Shown: piece by piece, positions 49,871-63,095 of the stretch | Position numbering within the stretch: the stretch's first letter is position 1 | Layout of the letters: every line of letters begins with the position of its first letter | Assembly (NCBI GenBank): GCA_951406725.2 | Contig: OX597817.1 | Span: forward strand, 37,944,001-38,008,000 | From: Octopus vulgaris | Lineage: Eukaryota | Length of the DNA stretch: 64,000 nucleotides | Direction of reading: 5' to 3' | Made by a program: the position numbers and the translations under genes | Notes under the pieces: generated by a model | What the model was told of the DNA's origin: nothing | The model's database searches: none | What the model saw: the letters and a program-made list of their open reading frames with translations, nothing else

Positions 49871-51738
49871 GTAAGTATTTGTTTGATCTTTCTTTTGTCT
49901 CTTTTGCTTGTTAAATCTCTGTTTGTAGCTGGTATTCTCATCAGTTTGGTAATGTCTGTATTCTTCTCTTGAAAACTTAGTAAATAAGAGATTGTGTATC
50001 TTTTACTTGTTAAAAAAACAAAAACAAAAAGAACATCGCTTTATTTATTGGTGTCTCTGATAATTAGAGAGAGAAAGACAAGCAAGCAGTGGGAACATAG
50101 TAACAAACACACTTGGTAAATGTGTTTCAAAAGCTTGTTTGTCTCTCTATGTTGCTCAAGTTATTTATTGTTGTCACAAGCTGTACTACATGCTGCAACT
50201 TCTTATGACTTCCTGAGGTCCAGCAACTTCAGATTTCAGTAGGTGCTTTATGCACAACTCAGTGTTTAAACCACTTGGATCATTCAACCTCTGATAACTC
50301 AATATTATTTCCATGATCTTATGCTGACTTCCTGAATTTTTGTAAGAGTTGAGTCTTTCCTCTGGCACCATATAAAGGGAGGAATGTTGTTGATGGTTTT
50401 TCTTATTTCTAGTAGAGTGTCAGTGTGGTTGCTGTTCTTTATTATTTAGAGATCTAAAGATCATTATTATTAGAGACTTTATTAGGACAGTGGCTTAACA
50501 GAATTGTTAGTGTCTGACAAAATATCTTGCAGCATTTGTTCTGCATCTTTAATTCATAGTTTAAATTCTGCTGAAGCCAACCTTGCCTTTCATCTTTCAG
50601 AATCTATAAAATAAGGACTAGTCAAGGACTGTGGGAAATTTAAGTGATTGTACCCTTCCCCACAAAATTTCAGACTTTGCTCTCGTGATAGAAATTATTA
50701 TTAGGATTTTCAAATCATATTTGAGTCTCTTTAAATGTTTTCAGTATGATTCTTCATGGTATAATAAATGTATTGCATGCAATAAGTCTTTGGGTAAGTT
50801 AAAACATATCAGAATTTTTTTGAATAATAATATGAAAACTGCTTGAATAAATATCTCAGAGTAATGGTTACCTAGTGAGGGAATTCCATCAATATCTCAG
50901 AAGATGTGCAGAGGATAAGTCAATAATGATGTGACAAAAGGTTTTTATATTATTGTGGCAAACTTGATAAAAAATGATGATGGCAGGTTGTTAAAATTTA
51001 AGTGAATAGTGATTGCCATTCCTGAGTTAGGAATTTAATGGTATCTTAAGCAGAGATTTACAAGTAAGAATATTTTCTCTCTTTAAAGGAGCAATAGTTT
51101 CATAGACATGGCAGAGCACTGGAAACATTTATTTTAGAGAATTTAGTATTTGGTGGTGAAAGGAAAATCGTAATGCAACATGTGCTCATATTGCACATTG
51201 TTTTGGGTGCAGCCTTCAGAGGCTTCTAGAGGCTGTGCATCATTCAGTGATTTCCTATTACTAAGCACTCTTGCCAGGTTATAAAATGCAGGTGACATTC
51301 ATCTGCCTTTTAAGTGTTCAATGTGTTTGGCTTGACTTTTCATCTTTCTGGATTCAATTAAAATATGGGTGTAATTTTCTGAACTAATTGTATTTTTTTA
51401 TTTGGTCAATCACAGTGTTCTGTCTGTTTTTTTAAATTACTGACTTCAGTTGATTCTTGTTCACTATTCAAACTTATGAATATTTTACTATTTGTCTCCA
51501 TTGTAAATGAAATGAAATGTTTGTTACGTGGATAAAAAAAATATTTTTACCAAATGCCAATAATCTAAATTTTGTCCATAATACTTTCAGGATTCTTTTT
51601 CATATTGCCTGCAACAGTTTATTTTACATAAATATTCATGAACTAAAATATTTTGAAAACTTTCAAGTTTAGTAAAGTTTTCAATTTATTAATGATTTAT
51701 TTATCTATTTTAATATTTTACTGCTACTTAAATCCTAG

Positions 51739-51840
51739 AACTTCGCTTAAAGAAAAATCACCGTCCTTACTTCCTTGTTCAACAATGGCAAGAGCTGTGT
51801 AAACTGTATACTGACCAGAAAGCAGAAAATAAGTTAAGAG
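51739..51840 (+). CDS. FRMD8: FRMD8-like exon (ELRLKKNHRPYFLVQQWQELCKLYTDQKAENKLR)
   Basis: CCTAG acceptor, AG|GTGAGC donor, phase 1-1. Resembles FRMD8 '[21 protein letters not shown]'. Confidence 0.92.
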
Positions 51841-52195
51841 GTGAGCTAATATTGGTTTTTCATTTATTTATTATTTGACACTATGGTTAATTATAAAATC
51901 AAAAGTTCTGTTACCAAATCTCTTTTGCTGCCATAAAAATATGTGAACCCCCATTTTAAATCTAACAGTTCAAGCTTAACTGGAGTGTATGCTATTAATA
52001 AGTAAATAACAATACTCTGAAAATACTGCAAGACATTAATAGCTATGTCATATTAGACATAGAAACAACTTGTTGAGCTGATTAGGTAACTGACCTAGCT
52101 TAGGGCTCGGTAGGTTGCATTCTAATGCTATAGCTTATTTCTGTGGCCAGGAAAATTAGCATTCAATAGACCAGTCTCTCTCTCTATATATATAT

Positions 52196-52533
52196 CATCA
52201 TCATCATTTAGCGTCCGTTTTCCATGCTAGCATGGGTTGGACGGTTCAACTGGGGTCTGTGAAGCCAGAAGGCTGCATCAGGCCCAGTCTGATCTGGCAG
52301 TGTTTCTACGGCTGGATGCCCTTCCTAACGCCAACCACTCCGTGAGTGTAGTGGGTGCTTTTTACGTGCCACCCGCACAGGTGCCAGACGGAGCTGGCGA
52401 ACGGCCATGGACGGATGGTGCTTTTTACATGCCACTGGCACGGGGGCCAGGCGAGGCTGGCAACGGCCACGATCGGATGGTGTTTGTTACGTGCCACCAG
52501 CACGGAGGCCAGTCGATGCGGTACTGGCTACAT
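52196..52533 (-). mobile_element. RTE 3'-end fragment
   Basis: Near-identical to 31620-31900. Confidence 0.9.
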
Positions 52534-52549
52534 ATAATGTATATCTGTA

Positions 52550-53347
52550 AATGAGATGACTGCGCTGATATGGCCATGTGGTGAGAATGGATGTGGATAG
52601 CTGTGTGAAAAAGTTCCACACCCTAGTGGTTGAAGGAACCTGTGGAAGAGGTAGACTCAGGAAGACCTGGGATGAGATGGTGAAGCATGACCTTCGAACA
52701 TTGGGCTTCACTGAGGCAATGACTAGTGACCGGGACCTTTGGAAATATGCTGTGCTTGAGAAGACTTGGCAAGCCCAAGTGAGACCATAACCAGGGGTGT
52801 AACCAGCCCACTTATGCGTACCTTTCCTTCATTGGACACTATACTCTGCTTGCGAAGACCTGTTGAGGCAAGTGAAATCAAAATCAAATTCGATGACTGG
52901 CATCTGTGCTAGTGGAGCGCTAAGAGTACCATACGAGCGTGATCATTGCCAGAGCAGCAAGCTGGCCTCCGCAGTGGCATGTAAAAACCAGCATTCGAGC
53001 ATGATCGTTACCTGCATCGCCTTACTAGCACTTGTGCTGGTGGCACGTGAAAAAACATTCGAGCAAAGTTGTTGCCAGTGCCGCTGGACTGGCTTCTGTG
53101 CAGTTGTCACATAAAAAGCATCATTTGAGTGTGGCCACTGCCAGTACCGCCTGACTGGGCCTCATGCCAGTGGCACGTAAAAGCACCCACTACACTCTCC
53201 AAGTGATTTGTGTTAGGAAGGGCATCCAGCTGTAGAAACTCTGCCAGATCAGATTGGAGCCTTGTGCAGCCATCTGGTTCACCAGACCTCAGTCAAATCG
53301 TCCAACCCATGCTAGCATGGAAAGCGGACGTTAAACGATGATGATGA
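52550..53347 (+). mobile_element. 5'-truncated RTE: ORF C-terminus (HVVRMD...GRGRLRKTWDEMVKHDLRTLG) + 3'UTR + (GAT)n tail
   Basis: Direct similarity to the end of ORF 32440-35562. Confidence 0.92.
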
Positions 53348-53889
53348 TAATATGTGACAATTATTCAGTAGCCATGATAAAACTGTGAGTTTCGAATGTC
53401 AGGGCGGTATGTATTAGTGTATTTTGGCAGCAGCTACATACTCTAAATTTCAGAATGAAAGGATTACGGTCTTATATCGTTTAATGCTCTATTGATTACA
53501 AACAAATTGATAATAGAAAGGGATTTGATTTGGTGTTTGCTTTTAGTAATTTTCACAGCTTCTGAAGCCAAATCTCCCTCAAATATCAACTTATTGTCTG
53601 AAAATGGACAATGTAGTCATTGGGTAATGTAATTATGAACTTACAAAAAGACTAGATAGCCATTGCTAGAATGGCTTTGATAATAGCTCAATACTAAACA
53701 GCATTGTTTCTGAAAAAACAGCAAGCCAATGAGAGAGCCTTTATGAGGTTGCTCAATCTGCTAGAAATAATGACTAAATCTCCTTTATACAACACCCTAC
53801 AGTCTTAAAAGTAGAACAAACACATTGGATAATGCTGTCCTAGATATGTTGTGTGAACAGCTACATTGTTTTTCTGTATTTCATTCTAG

Positions 53890-53948
53890 ATACCCCATTG
53901 CTGATGTTACAAAGGAATGTGTTTTATTCAAAAGAAGAGGAAATGAAA
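53890..53948 (+). CDS. FRMD8: FRMD8-like exon (DTPLLMLQRNVFYSKEEEMK)
   Basis: TTCTAG acceptor, AAA|GTAAGT donor, phase 1-0. Resembles 'DEPFLQFRRNVFFPKRRELQ'. Confidence 0.92.
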
Positions 53949-54201
53949 GTAAGTTTAGTAATCCATTCAAGAGTCTGGATTTTTCTGTGAATTTATTTCT
54001 ACAAGTCATTTCCACATTTAAATCTACACTGAAATATTCACAACTCCCCATCCCCAGTCCATTTCTTTAAACCTCATTTAATTCGGATTGTTTTCTGTCC
54101 ATACTTTGCGGTGAGGCTCATTTATGACCAACATATGATGTCGGGACAAGAGTACACATACCCACCCACCCATCCATCCACACACACATACACTGTTTGT
54201 G

Positions 54202-54369
54202 TGTATTATTTAAAACTGTTTGATTTGGTTCCATTCTACTTAGAGTTTCACAGGCTCCTAATGGGAACCTGATCGGTCATTCCAGAAGCATGAAGGTGTC
54301 AGGATCCTGTTAGGGGCCTGCGAAACTTAAAGTAACATGGAACCAAATCAAGCTGTTTTAAATGATACA
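54202..54369 (+). other. Intronic hairpin, ~71-bp imperfect stem
   Basis: Arms 54202-54272 and 54299-54369. Confidence 0.88.
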
Positions 54370-54449
54370 TGTAACCCCTACAAGATGTGTTGAGTGCCCC
54401 TTTTCTTTTGTTTGACCACACATGTGTGTATGTATATCTATATATATAT

Positions 54450-54860
54450 CTCTTTTACTCTTTTACTTATTTCAGTCATTTGACTGCAGCCATGCTGGAG
54501 CACCGCCTTTTAGTCAAGTAAATCAACCCCCAGGACTTATTCTTTGGAAGCCTAGTACTTATTCTATCGGTCTCTTTTGCCAAACCGCTAAGTGACGGGG
54601 ACATAAACACACCAACATCGGTTGTCAAGCAATGCTAGGGGGACAAACACAAACACAGGCACACACACACACACACACACATACACATATATATTTACAT
54701 ATATACGACAGGCTTCTTTCAGTTTCCGTCTACCAAATCCACTCACAAGGCATTGGTCAGCCCAGGGCTATAGCAGAAGACACTTGCCCAAGATGCCACG
54801 CAGTGGAATTGAACCTGGAACTATGTGGTTGGTTAGCAAGCTATTTACCACACAGCCACC
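54450..54860 (-). mobile_element. SINE family A
   Basis: Sequence similarity to the other copies. Confidence 0.9.
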
Positions 54861-55014
54861 TTTACATTCTTAGTTCAAATTCCACCAAGGAATTTCAGGG
54901 TTAATATAATAAGCACCAGCTGAACACTGACGTTCATGTGTTCAGCTTACTCTCTTCCCTAAAATTCATGGTCATCTGCCAAAATAATTTGAAACCACTG
55001 TTAATAAAAAGAGT

Positions 55015-55255
55015 GGAGGCACATGGCTTAGTGGTTAGGGTGTCAGCATCATGATCGTAAGATTGTGGTTTTGAATCCTGGACTGGGCGACGCATTGTGT
55101 TCTTGAGTAAAACACTTCATTTCATGTTGCTCCAGTTCACTCAACTGGCAAAAATGAGTAATGCTGTGATGGACTGGTATCCCGTCCAGCTAGGGAACAT
55201 CTACGCCATTGAAACCGGTCCATGAGCCTGGCTAGGCTTTAAAAGGGCGCATTTA
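55015..55255 (+). mobile_element. SINE group C variant
   Basis: 11262-type head followed by a GATGGACTGGTATCCCGTCCAG segment. Confidence 0.75.
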
Positions 55256-55340
55256 TTATTTTTTTTTTTAATAAAAAGACATTTTCTTGATAGTTATGTC
55301 TCTTATGTGTCTTTTTCTCTTGTGTTTTTTTTTTTTATAG

Positions 55341-55507
55341 CTTCACGATGAAACCACACTGTCTCTTTTGTACCACGAAGCTCAATACAATGTGTTGGAA
55401 GGTCGGTATGTTGTTGACAAACTAGACTACGATGAGTTGGCTGCAATTCAATATATCATAGAGGAGGGCTGTTTCACAGGGGTCAGAGGTATAACACACA
55501 ATCAAAG
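55341..55507 (+). CDS. FRMD8: FRMD8-like exon, FERM F2 (LHDETTLSLLYHEAQYNVLEGRY...THNQR)
   Basis: Poly-T + ATAG acceptor, AAG|GTTGGT donor, phase 0-2. Resembles '[23 protein letters not shown]'. Confidence 0.92.
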
Positions 55508-56714
55508 GTTGGTATGTTTTGATTGTATTAAGTTAAAAATCAATTTATTAAATATGTAACCATTACCAATGTGATAACTGTGTTTTATTTCAATGCTACT
55601 TTGTATTACTACATGATATATCTATAAGTTTTTGACCAATATTTTGCCTAGTAGCTATATGTCAGCACATCTGTATAAATTCTATCCACAATATCTTTGT
55701 GGGTATAAAAATAAGCTAGACTAGTTTCAGTCCTGTGTTGGGATGTCATAAGTGACTAACAACCCTCTAATTGTCTACAGATACACTGCTTATAAACCTA
55801 TTGTTACTAAGGGCTCAAGTAAATTGTTAAGCAGTCAAAGAGGATAGTTGGTCATTGATAAATCCCAATGCACCAATGCAAAGGTTGAAACTAGTCTGGT
55901 TGATCTCTCATTTTCTTTTTTGTGTCCATGAAGATATGTTTTATATGAAAGCAAAGTATTTACATATGTCTGTTACATAGTATTTGTAACATTCTCTTGT
56001 ACACTATAGCAAAACACTTAACACTAGCAATTTGTTAATTAAACTAACTGCCAAAGATGTGTTATGTGTAAATTTGTTTCTCATTTACAGAAGCTCTTAG
56101 TAATAGTGGGTTTATAAAAAACAGTCTCTCCCTGAATAGTTAAAGAGGATCACTAATGAAATCTCAACACAAAATTGAAACTAATCTGGCTGATCCAGCT
56201 TTTCTATTCACGAAGCTATTGTATATAAAGGCATGGTGTTTACATCTATCCATACATACAGTATTGGCTAAAATCTATAAATATATTCCACTTAACATTG
56301 ACTATGTAAAGAAAAAAAAAAAATTACATTCTGAGGAATCTAAGATTGTTATGGACCCTTCTTGAAATATCAGGGCTCATTTCTTTTTACAGCACACAAA
56401 CTTATATTATGAATTTTAATATGGTGCCCCAGCATGTTAAAATTAAATAGCTGAAATCAATTAGAGAAATATATTTACGTATGTTCTGCTACACTTAAGA
56501 CTCTATTTTTACTGAATGTTCTTTGATTAAATTAGATATTTAAGACTTCATTACATCTAGCAGCTTGACACAATTCTGTAGTCAGATGTAAGGATGGATG
56601 TATTGTGTGTTTAAGCATTGGAGTAGATGTTCTTAAAGATGTTTTATATTACAATTGTTTTGTTATGTAATTGTGGTATGTAAGGCTTAAAGACATTGTG
56701 TATATCTGTTTTAG

Positions 56715-56918
56715 ACACAATTTGGAAAGATTTTACCCAGAATTCATGTGCAAAAGACGATGGCAAATTCCTGGTCTCAAAAATACATCTCGAAATGATA
56801 TCGAAGCACGATTTGAAGAGGCAGTATCACGAATTTCACAGGCTTTGCCAGATCAATACAGCAAAGTATCTCTTTATAAAATGTATTTACAGTTATTATG
56901 GAATACACCATTCTATGG
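56715..56918 (+). CDS. FRMD8: FRMD8-like exon (RHNLERFYPEFMCKR...MYLQLLWNTPFYG)
   Basis: TTTTAG acceptor, GG|GTAAGT donor, phase 2-2. Ends in the FERM 'YL...PFYG' motif. Confidence 0.93.
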
Positions 56919-57149
56919 GTAAGTTATTTTCTTTTAATAAAAAATTGCCCTCAGCACAGTAATCTCCTGTTGCTCTCTCCATTGTGATAGGGAGCTTTGG
57001 ATTTTAGGACAATGAACATAATTGAAGGGAATAAAGTGAAGTGGAAGTAACTTGAACCAGGCATCCAATCTGAATCTGAGAGCCTGATCATTTAGGTCTT
57101 ATGTTTTAAGCTAATTATCTGTCTTCTATATGCCAGGAATATCAATCAG

Positions 57150-59720
57150 ATGTCCAGTGGCTGCCGTACTCACTTGTACAACTGTCCAAACTTAGAAGAA
57201 AGTTTGTAAACCATTAATAAAAAAACTTATGGATGTGAAAGTTCAGTAAGTCAGCCAATGAGTCCAACTAAGTCCATAATTCTGTAGCTTAAACTTTGGC
57301 TTCTGTACTGATACAGAAGGTGTAACATCTTTAATTTGGGTAGGATAGGTTTTATTTGCAGATAACTTTACCTGGAAACACTTGGTGTCTACTATTCACC
57401 TTGATAAACTGAGGCAATATAGAATTCTGTGTCTTATCCTGACACAATGAAACACCTGTTCTATGATAAAAACTTGTGCCTCTTCAGCTGATGATAATCT
57501 GGTAGTCTGTCCATTTGGTCCCTTCATCTCTAATGCTATTGAAATAAATAATGGGTTCTCAGATAATCATCATTTTATGTTCTCTCCATCTTGCATGAGA
57601 TGGTTGGATCCTCTCCAACAGTATCTCGCTTTCACATGTCTTCCTCATTCAAAGCCTTTATTTCTCTACCATTGTACTTCATACACAAGCATCAAATAAT
57701 CTGTTCTTTGTTGCCAGTAGAGATCATAGCTCCTTGAATTTTTTCTGCCACATTCTCAGAACTCCCCCCCACCCACTACTAATTATGTTATCAAGAAACT
57801 GTCAATTACTTTTACGGAGCCTTCTTAGCATTTGTCAGAATTTATTTCATGAGTATTGTTACTGCTTATTATTCAGGTATGTTTGCCACATACAATGTTT
57901 TCATACTCTATCAGCCTGCCTGAGGTCCATCCAATTGTTCCACTTGTTCTCCAATATTTTACATTGGTTAAACTATATGAAATTCTTACCCCAAATTTTC
58001 AGCATTTCTAATTTGGCTGTTTCCTACATAAAAGTGGAGTTCTTTTTTTTTTTCTTTTACCAAAAAATTCTTCTTGCATCAGAAAGGCTCTCAATTCTTC
58101 CAGATTAAGAATTTCTTTTGGAACTTGTTTCCATATTTGAAATTTATTTTTTAAATCTTTGACATTTAACTTTGAAGACTAGGCTACTGGCATATGACAT
58201 CTTGTCTTGAATGGTTCACAGTACTATAATAAGCAGGAGGGAACTGAAAATTGAGTCTTGATGGATATATATCTGCTGGCTAAAATCCTTCACTGATCTC
58301 CTATTAAATCTTACTATACTGCCTGCATCTCTACACATGGTTTGCATGGCTCTCAGAATCCATTTAAATTCACTTTTCTTATTGACCACCAAACTACTGA
58401 GTATGTTACTTTCACTATCTCCAGGTCAGCAAGTGATAATTGTTGTTGCCTTGTTAGGAAGAGGATATTTGTGTTAACCTCATCCAGGCTCAAACCCAAA
58501 CAGCATCACATCTAAACTAATTCTGTTTCTAATCAGTTGTGTTGTAATTCTTTCTGTTACTTTCATAACCTGGTCCATCAGTTCGATGCATCTGTTGTTA
58601 CTTTTCTTCTGAGCATCACATTTTCCCTTATAGCAGCTGATTAAATATGGCCCTTCCCTGTTCTACTTGACCCCACATCTCAGTTACCATTCCTGCTGTC
58701 CCAGCTGCTTTCTCTGACCTCATAGCCTTAATTGCTTTTAAATATAGGACAGTTAGTTTAAATATTTGGACCTTCTATTGGTGCTACTTGTAGATTTCTC
58801 CGTATATTCTCCACATTCCACAATCTCTTGTAGTAACATTTCCTGACTTTTTTCTCAATACCAGTGATGGCAGTTATGCTTTTATCATTCTATACCCACA
58901 GTTTCCCCAAAGCATTTTGTATTTCATCCAACTGTCTTAGGTATGGAACATTTCACAAATCTGATCCTCTTGTTGCATAACATAGTCAAACCTCCTATTT
59001 TCGGTTCCTTGTATATGCACAGGCATGGCTGTGTGGTAATAAGCTTGCTTCCCAACCACATGGTTCCAGGTTCAGTCTCATTGCGTGGCACCTTGAACCA
59101 GAGTCTTCTACTATAACTTCAGGCTAACCAAAGCCTTGTCAGTGGATTTAGTTGATGGAAATTGAAAGAAGCCTATTGTATATATATATATATTTGAGGT
59201 CGATTTTTGAGGTCGAAATATATATATATTTGTGTATGCCTGTGTTTGTCCCCCACCACCATTGCTTGACAACCGATGTTGGTGGTTCACGTCACTGAAA
59301 CTTAGCAGTTCAGCAATTGACAGCGATAGAATAAGTACTAGGCTTATAAAGAGTAAGTCCTGGAGTCAATTTCTTCGACTAAAGGCAGTGCTCCAGCATG
59401 GCCAAAGTCAAATGACTGAAACAAGTAAAAGATTAGATGGATATATATAAAATCTGGTATTGAGCATCTCTTCTAGAAACCTGATATTATTCTTTGATCT
59501 CCTTGTTCTTTCTGGTTTTCTTAACTTTTGTGGCTTACTCTATTGTACCATTCCACTACTATGTCACCTTCTTTCAGGCTGGAATCATGCTCCATCCACA
59601 GATATAGTCTTTGGTGTTTAGAAACTCTCAGTTGGAGGTCTCTATTTCCTCCTCTTTCTCATCATAACTGTCAGTTTGTACGTCTTTAAACCTATTTTTG
59701 GCTGAAGATTCTTTCAGGTT
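57150..59720 (-). mobile_element. Highly decayed RTE ORF remnant in a FRMD8 intron, interrupted by a SINE (59019-59432)
   Basis: Patchy similarity to the RT/EN region, e.g. GCATCTCTACACATGGTTTGCA vs 33551-33572. Boundaries approximate. Confidence 0.6.
59019..59432 (+). mobile_element. SINE family A
   Basis: Sequence similarity to the other copies. Confidence 0.88.
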
Positions 59721-60030
59721 CCATACCTTCAATCACAAAGAAAAAAAACAACCTTGATTTTTTTTTTTTTGAAAACTAAGATAGAATTGGTCCTAGTACA
59801 TGTTTGGTACTTATAGTATAAGTACCTAAAAAAAAGAATACAGTGTTCAGCCCTATCAGGACTTGAACTCATAACCTACAGACAGAAAACTAGGTTATCT
59901 AAGGTATTAGTTTAATGTTCTCTTGTTCCAGTTACTCCACTGACCCATCAACAATAATGAAATATGTGAAGCTATTATATAGTGACATCAATCAGTGATT
60001 GATTTATGCTTTTTTTTTTTGCTATTGAAG

Positions 60031-60160
60031 GTCTGCATTCTTCAGTGCTGTCGTTGACCGTCCTTCCACTAAACTCCAGATGGTTTTCGGAGTGCACTCA
60101 ATGCATGTGTGGGTTTGCATCAACACGGAGGGAGTCTGTATCATAGAAAAAGACAAAGAT
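60031..60160 (+). CDS. FRMD8: FRMD8-like exon, FERM F3 (SAFFSAVVDRP...VWVCINTEGVCIIEKDKD)
   Basis: Poly-T + GAAG acceptor, GAT|GTAAGA donor, phase 2-0. Resembles 'CAFFHGEVDKP...VSVAISLEGVHVID'. Confidence 0.92.
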
Positions 60161-61337
60161 GTAAGATATTAAATGACTTTTATTATTATTTTCAATTTTT
60201 TTTAATTGCCATTTTTTTTCCTCAACACTACTACCTGGCCCTTTGGTATCTCTCTGTTGTAAGCATTTAGGCCAAACTTCCACTCTGATGATACCAAAAT
60301 CTTTTATCAGTCTCAGAGAGACTACAAAATAACCTTCAGTTTTACTCTTCCAATTCTAACTGAGCCATTAAAACAAATTATAGAATTTACTTCCTAATAT
60401 TTTATTTATGATCATGATCAGAGAACTTAATGATTGGTTCATTGGCAATGTGGATCACCATCTTTGAGTTCAGTATTAAAGAATCTGGCATTCAGGTCAT
60501 TGGTAAAATATCTGAGCCATAACAATTATGTAATTATTATTATCATTTTATTGTGCGTATCCCAGATTTTGATCTGGTACACTGTATTACTGCATGTCAT
60601 AAGGAGTGACTTAAAGGGCTGGCAACAGAAAGGGCATCCAACCATAAAAACACTGCCCCAGAAAACCTGTCTAATCCATTCCAGCATAGAAAAGTGAAGG
60701 TAAAATAATGATGATGGTGGCATTATTATTATTTCGCCTGTCACTATGTTCTGAGTTCAGATTCCGCCAAGGTCAACTTTGCCTTTCATCCTTTCAGGTT
60801 TGATAAATTAAGTACCAGTGAAACACCGGGGTCAATGTAATTGACTTAATCCCTTCCCCCACGCTACCCTTGTGGCAAAAATTTGAAATAATAATTATTA
60901 TTATTAGGTTTTAGGGGCAATAAGTTTATCCAGTGTCTTAGTCTTATTGTGCTGTAGTATTTCCCATCAAGGGTGACCTCTAACACACCTGTACAGCCTA
61001 GATATACCTAGAGGTACATTTCTCTTATTGCATGAATTATTTACAAACTAAGACAAAGTTTGTATTAAACAAGAAAAGAAAATATCAAAATGTTTAATGA
61101 AGACACAGAAGTGGTGGTGATGATGAAGCAGTTTGGTAGAACCATCAAATCTATACAAATCTACTGGGTCAAAATCTGTAATATTTTATTTACTAACTTT
61201 GGTTTCAGATGTTTTTTCTGAGAGCTAATTAAATTACCTTTACTTTAACTCCTTCCAGCTTATGAAGAGAATGAAAATTAGGTGAAAGAAAAATTTATAT
61301 TGAATAATTATGAAATAAATTATTTATTTGTTACTAG

Positions 61338-61487
61338 TTTGTTGATCTGGCAGTTCCATTCACCGAGATGTCCTGGCATTTCCATGACGATTTGGAGGAT
61401 GAGAAATTGCCGTCTTTATTCATTCAGTTCCTTGTGAAAGATGGAGAAGAAACAGTGACAAAGCTGTTAGAAATTAATTCCCGACAG
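61338..61487 (+). CDS. FRMD8: FRMD8-like exon (FVDLAVPFTEMSWHF...TKLLEINSRQ)
   Basis: ACTAG acceptor, CAG|GTTGGT donor, 150 nt, phase 0-0. Resembles 'FQELSWD...NKLLKIYSKQ'. Confidence 0.92.
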
Positions 61488-61655
61488 GTTGGTTCCTTTG
61501 CAGTCATGGTTTCACAAGAGAGAGTGGAGCAGGATGTAATGAAAGTGTGAAAGGAAGACTGGAAGGAAGAATTCATGTGCACATTTAGGATCTTGTCATT
61601 GTGTTTTTACCAAAGAATTTATTTAAATCAGTCATTGTTAATCTGGTGTCTGAAA

Positions 61656-62025
61656 CATCATCATCGTTTAACGTCCGCTTTCCATGCTAGCATGGGTTGG
61701 ACGATTTGACTGAGGTCTGGCAAACCAGATGTCTGCACCAGGCTCCAATCTGATCTGGCAGAGTTTCTACAGCTGGATGCCACTCCGAGAGTGTAGTTGG
61801 TGCTTTTACGTGCCACCGGCACAAGGGCCAGTCAGGTGGTACTGGCAACGGCCACGCTCAAATGGTGCTTTTTATGTGACACCTGCACAGGAGCCAGTCC
61901 AGCAGCACTGGCAACGACCTCGCTCGAATGTTTTTTCACGTGCCACCCAGCACAAGTGCTAGTAAGGCGACACAGGTAATAATCATGCTCAAATGGTGAT
62001 GTTTACGTGCCACCGGCACGGAGGT
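61656..62025 (-). mobile_element. RTE 3'-end fragment
   Basis: (CAT)n GTTTAACGTCCG...CCATGCTAGCATGGG and repeated TTTTACGTGCCAC modules. Confidence 0.85.
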
Positions 62026-63095
62026 AAATACAAAATTTTGATGAAAGGTTTAAATTTAAATCGCTTTAATACGGGAAGTTTGTAATATAGAACAACATAC
62101 AGTCTCATGTGGGTTGGTATCAAAAGGGTTAATTCGTCATTTCATTCAACACTACCATCTAGTATTGAGTTGGGATGGTTCTCTGATTTGATGATTATTT
62201 CCTCATGCCAGTCTTGGAGGTCCTGAAGAATTAAAAAAAAAATCCTAGGTAACTATGATCTGCAAAAAAGTAAAAATATATGAATTGGATTGCTTTAACT
62301 GGTTGTTATTTTTGCATAGTCCCAGGTAGGTTTGCCTGAACTGTTCCTATCCCTAAAGAACAAATAGGTCGGCCTGTGATCATAATTATCTGACCTTATT
62401 GTCTTTATTCCTGTGTTTTGTCGGTCGCACATAAAAAGCAGCCATTACACTCTTTGAATGGTTGGCATCAGGAAGGGCATCCAGCCATAGAAACCATGCC
62501 AAATCAGACTGGAACCTGTCTGGCTTACCAGTTCCAGTCAAACCATCTTATTCATGCCAGCATGGAAAGCGGATGTTAAATGATGATAATGTTAAAGTGT
62601 GTGTTTCTCATTTTGCAAGTTGCAGGGAATTTGCCAACGGATGTGTGTTACATTAGTCTTAGTGACTGTGGAGTTGATCCTTGTATACTAGAGAGTTGTA
62701 GGTGAGGGTCTAGCTTGGTCTAATTGTAGTCTTAATGGTAAAGATATTAAAATAATAATAATGAGCTTATTGTTTACAGTGCTCAGGTGCATTACAACTT
62801 GTCAGAAAAGGTTAAGACAGGGAACAGAAATTAGATATATAAGTGAAGTAAAGAAAGACAGCACTAAAAGATAGAAGTAAACAAAAGAAAAAAGACATTG
62901 TAACTAATATAGAAGATAAGAATGAATTCTATGTAAGAATTTATACAATTAGTTTCTTCTAAAAATATGTTTTAGAGAAAACATAAGAATACTCTTTACT
63001 GTTCATTTATTTTTTTTTTTGTCAATGCTGTTCACAGTGAGCCATTCTTCATCTCTGATTAATTGATACATATTATATTTATTCCAAATTTTCAG

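Noticed and set aside
50066-50148. Weak hairpin downstream of exon 49870
   Set aside because: Pairing relies largely on low-complexity AG/CT tracts and has large bulges.
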